Of a DNA stretch of 64,000 bases, positions 7,512 through 15,918 are shown in pieces; position 1 is the first letter of the stretch; each line of letters begins with the position of its first letter. Source of the DNA: Gammaproteobacteria bacterium (GTDB lineage: Bacteria; Pseudomonadota; Gammaproteobacteria; Magnimaribacterales; AG-339-G14); assembly GCA_019652555.1 (NCBI GenBank), contig BPAJ01000003.1, positions 14,611 to 78,610 of the forward strand. Reading direction: 5' to 3'. A program made the position numbers and the translations under genes. The notes beneath the pieces are model-generated. The model was not told where the DNA came from. It was given only the letters and a program-made list of their open reading frames with translations, and did not search any database.

Positions 7512-8115
7512 AAAACTTTTACTAGTTTTCATTTTCTCAGTCAGTTCACTATTGATTGCCGAAGATTATCAGCCAGGCAAACACTACCAGATTTTATCTG
7601 AACCCATCGCTACCAGAGATTCAAAAAAAATCGAAGTCATCGAGTTCTTCTGGTTTGGGTGTGGACATTGTTACAGCTTAGAAAATCAACTCAATAGCTG
7701 GGAGAAGAAACTTCCTGCAGATATAGATTTTTGGCGCTCACCAATCACTTGGAATGAAATGGCTAAAACGCATGCCAAATTATTTTATGCTGCAGAATTT
7801 TTCAAAAAGCCGGATATCATTGCAAGTACTTTTGTTTCCATTCATGCCAACCAGCGTATGATGACTTCCGATCGAGAGTTACAACCTTTTTTTGCAAGCT
7901 TTGGGATTGCCGAAGATCAGTACCAATCTTTGTTTAATTCTTTTGCTATGCAAAACAAAATCCGTAGAGCTGATACTTTTGGACTCAAATATGAAATCCG
8001 AGGAGTACCTGCTTTTATCGTCAATGGAAAATACAAAGTATCAGCCTCACGACAAGTTGGGACTTCCGAACTTTTGGATGTGGTCGATTACCTCATTAAC
8101 TTAGAAAGGAAATAA
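7492..8115 (+). CDS. dsbA: thiol:disulfide interchange protein DsbA
   Basis: 207 aa with a signal peptide and the active site FGCGHC. It follows cytochrome c4, as in pseudomonads, with a 20-nt overlap. Confidence 0.92.
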   Translation: MFQAFTKKLLLVFIFSVSSLLIAEDYQPGKHYQILSEPIATRDSKKIEVIEFFWFGCGHCYSLENQLNSWEKKLPADIDFWRSPITWNEMAKTHAKLFYAAEFFKKPDIIASTFVSIHANQRMMTSDRELQPFFASFGIAEDQYQSLFNSFAMQNKIRRADTFGLKYEIRGVPAFIVNGKYKVSASRQVGTSELLDVVDYLINLERK

Positions 8116-8116
8116 C

Positions 8117-8944
8117 ATGAGATACAAATCAAACCTGTTCATTCCAGGTCACACGCTCGATCGTTTGGATCGAGGTCTCAATAGCAATGCCAGTGCTCTC
8201 ATCATCGACCTTGAAGATGGTTGCCCAGAAGATAAAAAAATCGATGCACGCGAAGAATTGATTGGTCTTTTAAAAAAAGGGAACGTATTTACCAAACCTT
8301 TATTTGTAAGAGTCAACGATGCCATGAATGAAAACGGCAGACAGGATATTGATGCTTTATCGGATTTTGAAGATCAAATCGAGGCTATCATTCTTCCCAA
8401 AACACAAAGTTTTGATTTCTTAGCAACGCTTGCACCAATGATTGCATTCGAAAACAAATTAGTTCCTTTGATTGAGACGCCTAGAGCAGTCGATACCGTT
8501 ACACAAATAGCAGCATTTAAAGGAGTCATCGGTTTGTTCTTTGGAGCTGCTGATTTTTCTGCAGGTATGGGTTCTAAATTAGCATGGGAACCGCTTTTGT
8601 ATGCTCGGCATAAAGTAGCTTTGGCTGCAGCTATGTACAACCTCTTTACCATCGATGCGCCATTTTTCTATATCGATAATGAAGAAGGTCTTATAGAAGA
8701 GGCTGAAAAAGTGAAGAACCTTGGTTTTACAGGAAAAGCCGCGATTCATCCTTCGCAAATCGATTTTATCAATGATGCGTTTGAACCTACTAAAGAAGAA
8801 AAAGAGGAAGCCAAAAAAGTCCTTGAGGAATACCAAAAGATGGATGGCGGAGCTGTTAAAATTGATGGCAAAATGGTTGACGAGCCGATTGCAGAAGCGA
8901 TGCGTTTAAAATTATCTTTAGGAGATAAAGAACAGGAGGACTAG
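8117..8944 (+). CDS. CitE/HpcH-family acyl-CoA lyase (citramalyl-/malyl-CoA lyase-like)
   Basis: 275 aa with LFIPG...IIDLEDG...IETPRAV...GAADFSAGMG, typical of citrate lyase beta-like / CLYBL / Rv2498c-type lyases. Confidence 0.8.
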   Translation: MRYKSNLFIPGHTLDRLDRGLNSNASALIIDLEDGCPEDKKIDAREELIGLLKKGNVFTKPLFVRVNDAMNENGRQDIDALSDFEDQIEAIILPKTQSFDFLATLAPMIAFENKLVPLIETPRAVDTVTQIAAFKGVIGLFFGAADFSAGMGSKLAWEPLLYARHKVALAAAMYNLFTIDAPFFYIDNEEGLIEEAEKVKNLGFTGKAAIHPSQIDFINDAFEPTKEEKEEAKKVLEEYQKMDGGAVKIDGKMVDEPIAEAMRLKLSLGDKEQED

Positions 8945-8945
8945 C

Positions 8946-9464
8946 ATGTCAAAGTCCAGCAAAGATTTAGGTAACAATAGATTTAGAGAATCCTTCGGTC
9001 GTTACTTTGAAGAATTTGAAGTAGGCCACATATACGAACACCGTCCTGGTAGAACCATTACCGAGTCGGACAACACCTGGTTTACGCTTTTAACCATGAA
9101 TACTCATCCGCTTCATTTTGATAAGGAGTATGGCAAGGCAACAGAATTCGGGAAAAATTTAGTAAACAGTACTTTCACCGTATCTGTGATGGTTGGTATG
9201 AGCGTGAGTGATATCAGTCAAAAAGCCATAGCCAATCTTGGTTGGACCGACATTGTGCTTCCACATCCATTATTTGTCGGTGACACTCTATATGCAGAGT
9301 CGGAAGTTTTAGAAACGCGTCTTTCCGAATCCAGGAAAAATGCTGGCATCGTTACTGTAAAAACAATTGGTAAGAATCAAAATGGGGATGTTGTAGCTTC
9401 CTTCAAACGCTCAGCTTTAGTTCCGACCAAAGGTAATGCGGTAGACGATAAGATCGATTATTAA
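8946..9464 (+). CDS. MaoC-like (R)-specific enoyl-CoA hydratase, single hot-dog
   Basis: 172 aa with FEVGHIYEHRPGRTITESDNTWFTLLTMNTHPLHFD, the hallmark MaoC dehydratase segment. There is a 1-nt gap to the upstream lyase gene. Confidence 0.8.
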   Translation: MSKSSKDLGNNRFRESFGRYFEEFEVGHIYEHRPGRTITESDNTWFTLLTMNTHPLHFDKEYGKATEFGKNLVNSTFTVSVMVGMSVSDISQKAIANLGWTDIVLPHPLFVGDTLYAESEVLETRLSESRKNAGIVTVKTIGKNQNGDVVASFKRSALVPTKGNAVDDKIDY

Positions 9465-9465
9465 G

Positions 9466-10629
9466 TTGAAGCAATCTTTAAAAGGCATAAAAGTTCTTGA
9501 TTTAACCCACATGTTGGCAGGTCCTTACACGACTATGATTCTGGCTGATTTGGGTGCCGAAGTTGTAAAAATCGAGCAACCAAAAACAGGCGACATTACC
9601 AGAAATCTGCTGAAAGACGATCCAAAGTATTCTTTGGATGGGATCGGTGCATATCATCTAACTTTAGGTAGAAACAAAAAAAGCGTTGAATTGGATCTCA
9701 AATCTGAAGAAGGCCTAAAACTTTTCAAAGAGTTGGTCTCAGTTGCAGATGTTGTTGTAGATAATTTCAGTCAAGGCGTAACGCAGCGTTTGGGCATTGA
9801 TCATCAAAGCTTAAAAAAAGTTAATCCAAAAATCATTACCTGTTCAATCAGTGGCTTTGGCGATACTGAATTAAATCGACCTGCCTATGACAATCTCATT
9901 CAAGGTTACGCTGGAGCAATGTCCATCACAGGAACAGACAAAGAAAATCCTGTTAAATCCGGCATCCCTATAGCTGACTTAGGAGCTGGACTTTATGCGG
10001 TGATCGGTATTTTAAGCGCTATACAGTCTCGAGAAAAAAATGACTCCGGCGAACATGTGGATATTTCCATGCTGGATACTCAGGTGAGTTTATTAACTTA
10101 CATGGCTACCATGCATTTTCTCTCAGGCGAAAATCCTGAGCCGATTGGAAATCAACACATGAATCATGTGCCGTTCAATTCTTATAGAACTTCGGATGGT
10201 TTTATTCAAATAGGAGTGGTTGCTGAAGATTTTTGGCCCAGCCTCATTGAAGCGCTTGATCTAAGACAATTGGATACTGAAGAAAATAAAGTAAGAATCG
10301 GTAGACTAAAAAACAGAGAAAATATTGATGAGGCTTTGCAAGAAGTTTTTATTACCAACACCACAGAACATTGGTTGAAAATTTTACAAGAACACCGTGT
10401 TCCTTGTGGACCAATTAATACTCTTTCTGAAACTTTTGAAGACGCTGACCTATTAAAAAGAAATATGATCGTCGAGGTTCTTCAAGATAGTGGAACGTCT
10501 GTAAAAATGCCTGGTAACCCAGTGAAAATTTCTAATCACGATGAAGAATTTAGACGCTCACCAAAACTTGGTGAACATACTGCTGAAATTTTCAAAAATT
10601 GGTTAAATAAAGACATTTCAGTTGACTAA
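9466..10629 (+). CDS. family III (CaiB/BaiF) CoA-transferase
   Basis: 387 aa with a TTG start 1 nt after the MaoC stop. N-terminal signature GIKVLDLTHMLAGPYTTMILADLGAEVVKIE. Confidence 0.88.
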   Translation: MKQSLKGIKVLDLTHMLAGPYTTMILADLGAEVVKIEQPKTGDITRNLLKDDPKYSLDGIGAYHLTLGRNKKSVELDLKSEEGLKLFKELVSVADVVVDNFSQGVTQRLGIDHQSLKKVNPKIITCSISGFGDTELNRPAYDNLIQGYAGAMSITGTDKENPVKSGIPIADLGAGLYAVIGILSAIQSREKNDSGEHVDISMLDTQVSLLTYMATMHFLSGENPEPIGNQHMNHVPFNSYRTSDGFIQIGVVAEDFWPSLIEALDLRQLDTEENKVRIGRLKNRENIDEALQEVFITNTTEHWLKILQEHRVPCGPINTLSETFEDADLLKRNMIVEVLQDSGTSVKMPGNPVKISNHDEEFRRSPKLGEHTAEIFKNWLNKDISVD

Positions 10630-10703
10630 GATTAAGACTGCCTACTCTTTTCAGGAACAATTTAGAGGATTAAACTAAATTTAATCATTAAGGAGAGAAA
10701 AAC

Positions 10704-11756
10704 ATGGATGCGGAAAAACTCAGTCAATTAACTCAAAAAGTCATTGGTGACGCAGCAGGAGCAGTGGGGTTGCTACTTGCTTACATTGGCGACCAATCAA
10801 AAGTCTATACAACAATGGACGAACTAGGCCCTTCTTCTGTAAAAGAAATTGCAGATAAAGCAGGTCTCGATGAACGTTACTTAAGAGAATTTCTCTCGTC
10901 TAATGCTGCCAATGGCTATGTAACTTACGAACCCGCGGAGGACAAATTTTCCCTTTCGCCAGAGCAAGCAGCTGTCTTTGCGAAAGATGGTGAGCCTACC
11001 TGTTTGCAGGGGTACTTCCAGGCAATTGTTGGACAATATGCAGAACATGAAAAAGCCGTAGAAACTTTTCAATCAGGAAAAGGCAGACCATGGGGAGAAC
11101 ATCATCTGTGTTGTTTTTGTGGCACCGATAGATTTTTTAGGCCTGGGTATGTTGGGAATTTAGTTAGCAATTGGATTCCATCTTTATCTGGAGTTGAAGA
11201 TCAACTTAAAGCTGGCGCTAAAGTTGCCGACATTGGTTGTGGATTAGGTTCAACGACAATTATCATGGCTCAGACTTATCCGAATTCAACAATTCATGGA
11301 TATGATTTTCATGGCCCATCTATTGAAGAGGCTAGCGCTAGAGCAAAGGAACTGGGATTAACTAATATTGAGTTTCATGTATCAGATGCTAGAGATATTC
11401 CAGATAATGGTTATGACTTTGCTTGTATCTTTGATGCTCTGCATGACATGGGCGATCCAGTAGGCGTTGCCAATCATATTAAAAATGTACTTTCCGATGA
11501 AGGAACCTTTATGTTGGTTGAACCTGCTGCAGCAGATAATTTAGAAGATAACCTCAATACTTTTGGCGGACTGGCCTATGGATTTTCAACAATAGTTTGT
11601 GTTCCTACTTCCAGAGCCCAAGACGTAGGTCTATGTTTAGGGGCTCAAGCTGGACCAAAAAGATTAACAGAGGTCTTAAATTCTGCTGGTTTTAATCATG
11701 TTAGAGAATCAGCAAGAACTGGAACGAATATGGTTTTTGAGGTCAAACAAGCTTAA
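10704..11756 (+). CDS. class I SAM-dependent methyltransferase with N-terminal winged-helix-like domain
   Basis: 350 aa. SAM motif I VADIGCGLGS and an acidic post-I residue (HGYDF). SD aaggag lies 8 nt upstream. Substrate unknown. Confidence 0.75.
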   Translation: MDAEKLSQLTQKVIGDAAGAVGLLLAYIGDQSKVYTTMDELGPSSVKEIADKAGLDERYLREFLSSNAANGYVTYEPAEDKFSLSPEQAAVFAKDGEPTCLQGYFQAIVGQYAEHEKAVETFQSGKGRPWGEHHLCCFCGTDRFFRPGYVGNLVSNWIPSLSGVEDQLKAGAKVADIGCGLGSTTIIMAQTYPNSTIHGYDFHGPSIEEASARAKELGLTNIEFHVSDARDIPDNGYDFACIFDALHDMGDPVGVANHIKNVLSDEGTFMLVEPAAADNLEDNLNTFGGLAYGFSTIVCVPTSRAQDVGLCLGAQAGPKRLTEVLNSAGFNHVRESARTGTNMVFEVKQA

Positions 11757-13078
11757 TGCCCAAGGAAAATACTTTTCTTGAAAAAGCTTTATTGGTTCAA
11801 GTTGAGACCACGAAGGTTAGGCGGATCTTAAATTTTGAAAATTCTTTTGAAGAGTTTAGAGACCTTGCCAGATCGGCTGGAGCCAATATTTTAGAAGAAA
11901 TTAAAGGCAAGCAGGAACTCGCATCGCCTAGATATTTTATTCAAAAAGGTAAGCTGGAAGAGATAAAGCAAGCCGTTCATAAAAATAAAATAGGTTTGGT
12001 GATATTCAACCACGCACTTTCTCCATCGCAGGAGAGAAATATCGAACGCTATTTAAAGGCCAGAGTATTAGATAGAACTGGTTTGATTTTAGATATTTTT
12101 GCAAGACGCGCTTTTAGTCACATTGGAAAACTTCAAGTTGAACTCGCCCAATTGTCACATCTGTCTACTAGATTAGTTAGAGGCTGGAGCCATTTGGAAA
12201 GACAAAAAGGAGGAATTGGTCTTAGAGGTCCTGGGGAAACTCAACTTGAAACAGATCGAAGATTGATTGGTAATAGAATCAAGGCACTCAAAAAGAAACT
12301 GACTAAAAGTCATAACCAAAAATCCTTAAATCGTTACGCCAGAAAAAAAGGAAAAAATAAAATAGTCGCTTTGGTCGGTTATACCAATGCAGGTAAAACA
12401 ACATTATTTAATGCTTTAACCGGTGGAGACGAATATCAAGCGGATCAGTTGTTTGCAACTTTAGATTCGGTTACCAGAAAGAATTTAAGTCCTGGAAGCA
12501 GGGCAATTTTATTTACTGACACTGTAGGTTTTATTTCTGAAATTCCAACGGAGTTGATTGAATCATTCAAAACCACTTTAGATGATCTTAGATCGGCAGA
12601 TTTATTAATCCATTTGGTAGACATCAATGATCCAGAAAAAGATTTGAAACAAAAAGAAGTTTCAAGAATTTTGAAAGATCTGAATGTTGATAACATTCCA
12701 CAACTTTTAGTGAATAATAAAATTGATTATCTTTCTGAAAAAAAGCAACAAGAGTTGGAATTTCAAAATCCTGAAGAACTTTTTATTTCCGCAGAAAAGA
12801 ATATCGGTATTGAGCCTTTAAAGGAAAAAATAATAGAGAGAATCAGTAATGGGCTCTTTAAAGGTTGGGTATCGATTTCCCATCAAGCGTCAGCTGCCAG
12901 AGCTAGGCTTTATGAAGAAGGATGTGTTCGCGATGAGGTTATAAAGGATAACGAGTGGCATCTGAAATTAAATATCGGAAATGATTTACTCACCGATTAC
13001 CTAAATTCATCGCAATTGAAAATTTTGCATGATGAGAATCAACAATCGTTAGAAGTTGGTGAGCCAGGCAGGACTTGA
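11756..13078 (+). CDS. hflX: GTPase HflX
   Basis: 440 aa with the HflX N-domain, G1 motif GYTNAGKTTLFNAL, and DTVGF and NKID motifs. Its ATG shares one base with the TAA of the methyltransferase (TAATG). Confidence 0.93.
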   Translation: MPKENTFLEKALLVQVETTKVRRILNFENSFEEFRDLARSAGANILEEIKGKQELASPRYFIQKGKLEEIKQAVHKNKIGLVIFNHALSPSQERNIERYLKARVLDRTGLILDIFARRAFSHIGKLQVELAQLSHLSTRLVRGWSHLERQKGGIGLRGPGETQLETDRRLIGNRIKALKKKLTKSHNQKSLNRYARKKGKNKIVALVGYTNAGKTTLFNALTGGDEYQADQLFATLDSVTRKNLSPGSRAILFTDTVGFISEIPTELIESFKTTLDDLRSADLLIHLVDINDPEKDLKQKEVSRILKDLNVDNIPQLLVNNKIDYLSEKKQQELEFQNPEELFISAEKNIGIEPLKEKIIERISNGLFKGWVSISHQASAARARLYEEGCVRDEVIKDNEWHLKLNIGNDLLTDYLNSSQLKILHDENQQSLEVGEPGRT

Positions 13079-13133
13079 ACCTGCGACCTTTTGCTCCGGA
13101 AACAAACGTTCTAATCCACTGAACTACTGGCTC
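13057..13133 (-). tRNA. tRNA-Arg (anticodon CCG)
   Basis: 77-nt cloverleaf read by hand. Acceptor GAGCCAG/CTGGCTC, D stem GTTC/GAAC, anticodon stem TTTGT/GCAAA, loop TTCCGGA (anticodon CCG), T stem GCAGG/CCTGC with loop TTCAAGT, discriminator A, and an encoded CCA. Confidence 0.9.
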
Positions 13134-13205
13134 AATACTTAAAATATTTTTAAATAAGCTTAAACTTTTCTCCGTACCAGAGATAGATTTAATTCTTTAG
13201 AGGTC

Positions 13206-13211
13206 TATAAT
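13206..13211 (+). promoter_or_regulatory. candidate -10 box (TATAAT) 6 nt upstream of the cytochrome c5 ATG
   Basis: A perfect TATAAT at 13206-13211 is followed by cgcgac and then ATG at 13218. No SD lies at a usable distance: the nearest GAGG is 14 nt upstream. Confidence 0.25.
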
Positions 13212-13217
13212 CGCGAC

Positions 13218-13661
13218 ATGAAAAAAATCTTCTTAATTGCTGTTGTATCCACAATGACTTTTCTCTTCGCTGCAGACATGCGTGAAGATGCAATTTTAAA
13301 AAGAATTCAACACCTTGGTTCCGTCTGCACTTCTGCAGACTGCGGTTTGAAGACTTCTGGTCCAGGTTGGAAAGTTTCTACCTCGATGTTTGCTGCTCCA
13401 GTGCAAGTTACTGATGCCAGCGGTCGAGATGGAAAAACAGTTTATGAAGCTGCTTGCACAACTTGTCATGCTGCTGGAATGGCTGGCGCACCAAAATTTG
13501 CTGATGCATCGAGTTGGGGAGATCGACCTAATAAAGGCCTGGCAACTCTAACCATGAACGTTAAAAATGGTTTAAATGCTATGCCTGCAATGGGTCTGTG
13601 TATGGATTGTACTGACGCTGAATTGGAAGCTTCTGTGCAGTATATGTTAGACGCTCTCTAA
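13218..13661 (+). CDS. monohaem cytochrome c5
   Basis: 147 aa with a signal peptide, CTTCH haem motif, GAPKF, NAMPAMG, and the C-terminal Cys pair CMDC typical of c5. Confidence 0.85.
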   Translation: MKKIFLIAVVSTMTFLFAADMREDAILKRIQHLGSVCTSADCGLKTSGPGWKVSTSMFAAPVQVTDASGRDGKTVYEAACTTCHAAGMAGAPKFADASSWGDRPNKGLATLTMNVKNGLNAMPAMGLCMDCTDAELEASVQYMLDAL

Positions 13662-14354
13662 GTCCGCAATTCCCTTTTCTAAGTCATACCAAGAAACTAT
13701 TTCGTTGGGCTTAAATTGCTTTTCCTCGGGCCAGTCGGCATCCAGCAAGTTCAGCCAAATTGCTTTCATGCCTAGTTTCACAGCTGCTTCAACATCATTA
13801 TCTGGATGATCGCCCACGTGACATACTTCTTCAGGGCTTAATTGAGTTATTTTCAAAGCTTCTTCAAACATTTTTGCTCCAGGCTTGCTGTCATTTACCA
13901 TTTCAGCGTTCAAATAAAAATCAAACAAGTGATCGATTTTCAAGGTTTCAATGCTGGCATTCCCGTTGGTTAAAACGCCAAGAGTGTATTTTTCTTTCAA
14001 AGATTTGAGAACCTCAAGGGTACCCTCGAAATAAGTAATATCGTGACGTAATTTTAAAAAAATATCGAAAGCATCTTTTGACGTTGCTTTTGCATCTTCA
14101 TCGGAAACACCATTTTCTGTTAATAATGTCTCAATAACTTTCATGCGAAGCTCAGACAAGCGATGTCTTAGAGAATTATCTTTTGCAATGAGCTTTTGCC
14201 ACATCTTTTGCTCCTGTTCTGTGAACAAAACTTTGGACATGTTTGGAAATTTATCGATTATCCAGTTGTTGGATTCTTTGTGCGCGTGGATGATGACTTC
14301 ACGCAGCGGCCATAGCGTGTCATCAAGATCAAAAGTTACTGCTTTAATTTTCAT
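13647..14354 (-). CDS. yigB: HAD-superfamily phosphatase (YigB-like)
   Basis: 235 aa with HAD motif I FDLDDTLW and the later VGDHPDND. Its position after xerC matches the dapF-yigA-xerC-yigB cluster. Confidence 0.8.
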   Translation of the reverse strand: MKIKAVTFDLDDTLWPLREVIIHAHKESNNWIIDKFPNMSKVLFTEQEQKMWQKLIAKDNSLRHRLSELRMKVIETLLTENGVSDEDAKATSKDAFDIFLKLRHDITYFEGTLEVLKSLKEKYTLGVLTNGNASIETLKIDHLFDFYLNAEMVNDSKPGAKMFEEALKITQLSPEEVCHVGDHPDNDVEAAVKLGMKAIWLNLLDADWPEEKQFKPNEIVSWYDLEKGIADLESV

Positions 14355-15250
14355 TTTTTATTTTTTGCATGTGGATGGCTTTTATCGTAAACCTTGGCCA
14401 AATGCTGGAAATCCAATTTAGTGTAGATTTGAGTGGTACTTAGATTAGCATGTCCTAATAATTCTTGAACAGCTCTAAGGTCGCCACTGGATTCTAAAAT
14501 ATGAGTTGCGAAGGAATGCCTCAACATATGAGGATGAATGTAAGGCAAGCCTCTGTCTTGACTTATTTTTTTAAGTCGAATTTGAACCGTTCTTGGACCC
14601 AGTCGATTTCCTTCTTTATTCACAAAAACCGAAGATTCATCTTGTTTGGCAATAGTTGCTCTATGTGCAAACCATTGCTCCAACGCCTCAATCGCTTTAG
14701 AGCCAACAGGACAAAGTCTTTCTTTGTTACCTTTTCCTAGAACTCTGCACATTTGTTCTTCCAGCAAAAGATCTTTTAAGTTCAAGGAGCAAAGTTCAGA
14801 AAGTCTCAGTCCAGAAGAATAGATCAATTCCATCATCGCTTTATCTCGATGTTCTATCCAGTTTTTTGGTTCAAAATTCAAGAGTTTATCGATCATGTCG
14901 GTATCGAGTGCTTTTGGTAAAAGAGCATCTTGCTTTGGTGCGCTGATACCAACTGTTGGATCGTTGGTAAATTTTCCTTCGGTCTTGAGAAATTTAAAAA
15001 AACTCCTTAGGGAAGATAAAATTCTTGCAAGACTCTTCGGGCTAAGACCTTTTCTTCTGTACAAACCTAAAAAATTTCTTACTAGATTATTGTTAACCTT
15101 TGCAATGGTTAAAATTTTGTTTTCATCAAGAAAGACCTCGAATTTATTCAAATCATTTCTGTAACTCTTAAGAGTGTGTTCTGAGTAGTTACGATTTTCT
15201 TTAAGAAAACTTAAAAAAGATTCTATTAAATTGCTAATCTCGGTTTTCAA
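14351..15250 (-). CDS. xerC: tyrosine recombinase XerC
   Basis: 299 aa with HMLRHSFATH and LGHANLSTTQIYT (catalytic Tyr box). Conserved dapF-yigA-xerC context. Confidence 0.9.
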   Translation of the reverse strand: MKTEISNLIESFLSFLKENRNYSEHTLKSYRNDLNKFEVFLDENKILTIAKVNNNLVRNFLGLYRRKGLSPKSLARILSSLRSFFKFLKTEGKFTNDPTVGISAPKQDALLPKALDTDMIDKLLNFEPKNWIEHRDKAMMELIYSSGLRLSELCSLNLKDLLLEEQMCRVLGKGNKERLCPVGSKAIEALEQWFAHRATIAKQDESSVFVNKEGNRLGPRTVQIRLKKISQDRGLPYIHPHMLRHSFATHILESSGDLRAVQELLGHANLSTTQIYTKLDFQHLAKVYDKSHPHAKNKK

Positions 15251-15917
15251 TTAATCTATCTATTTGATGGCTCAAAACTTCCACTATAAAACTTAGAAAC
15301 AATGTATCTTGGTCTGGAGTATATTTATCATCTACTGAAGAACCTAAAATTAATACTCCTGCAATCTTGTTGGAATGCAATTTGCCAATAACTGCTTCTT
15401 TGATACCAGCTTGAGCACCAAAAGTTAAGGAGGCAATTTCATTGGAAAGCTTTCCTAAAAAAATATCTACTTCTTTAAAAATTTTAGAGAAAATCTTAGT
15501 AGCTATTTCTGGCTCAATGATTCTCTTCGCGGATACTCGATACAGTTCTTCTTGAGTAAAGAACAATAATTTACATTTTTCTGTACCAAGCTCATTTATA
15601 AAAAAACTTTCTGTAGCAATCAACAATTTTTCTAAGTCTTCAGCACTCAGAATAATGCTTATCAGTTTTCTAACCTTCGCAAAAAGCAGCTCATTCGCAT
15701 TAGCATTTAAAATAAAGTCTTTCAGTTGCGTACTTGTTGCTAAATTCTTGGATTTTATGAATTCAACTTGTTTTTCAATAAAGCTTACCGCTTCACCTGA
15801 TTCATGTTTTATCTCTAAATGTTCTATAGCTTCTGGATGATCTATAAAAAAATCAGGATTTTCTTTTAAGAAATTAATTACTTCTTCGGGTTTAAGAGAT
15901 TTACTAAAAAGTTTCAT
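15234..15917 (-). CDS. yigA: DUF484 protein (YigA)
   Basis: 227 aa with N-terminal VINFLKENPDFF, as in YigA. Located between dapF and xerC. Confidence 0.75.
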   Translation of the reverse strand: MKLFSKSLKPEEVINFLKENPDFFIDHPEAIEHLEIKHESGEAVSFIEKQVEFIKSKNLATSTQLKDFILNANANELLFAKVRKLISIILSAEDLEKLLIATESFFINELGTEKCKLLFFTQEELYRVSAKRIIEPEIATKIFSKIFKEVDIFLGKLSNEIASLTFGAQAGIKEAVIGKLHSNKIAGVLILGSSVDDKYTPDQDTLFLSFIVEVLSHQIDRLIENRD

Positions 15918-15918
15918 T

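Noticed and set aside
10668-10686. AT-rich palindrome gattaaa-ctaaa-tttaatc upstream of the methyltransferase SD, considered as an operator or terminator.
   Set aside because: It is a 7-bp A/T-only stem with no U-tract. Such palindromes are expected by chance in sequence this AT-rich, and there is no second copy.
13057-13133. tRNA-Arg as an integration hotspot with an adjacent genomic island.
   Set aside because: Both flanks are core genes (hflX, cytochrome c5). There is no integrase, and I could not see a duplicated tRNA 3' fragment elsewhere in the window.
2847-13700. Impression that the polA-to-hflX region is more GC-rich (spot samples about 40-50 percent) than later regions (spot samples about 20-38 percent), suggesting mosaic origin.
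   Set aside because: This rests on a few hand-counted 60-nt samples only. A high-GC sample also occurs in ahcY (about 47 percent), so it looks like gene-to-gene variation (conserved or highly expressed genes) rather than an island boundary. A sliding-window GC/codon-usage computation is needed.
14351-15250. Tyrosine recombinase as a possible phage or island integrase marking a mobile element.
   Set aside because: It sits in the conserved dapF-yigA-xerC-yigB housekeeping cluster and has XerC-type motifs. There are no flanking repeats, phage genes or cargo.
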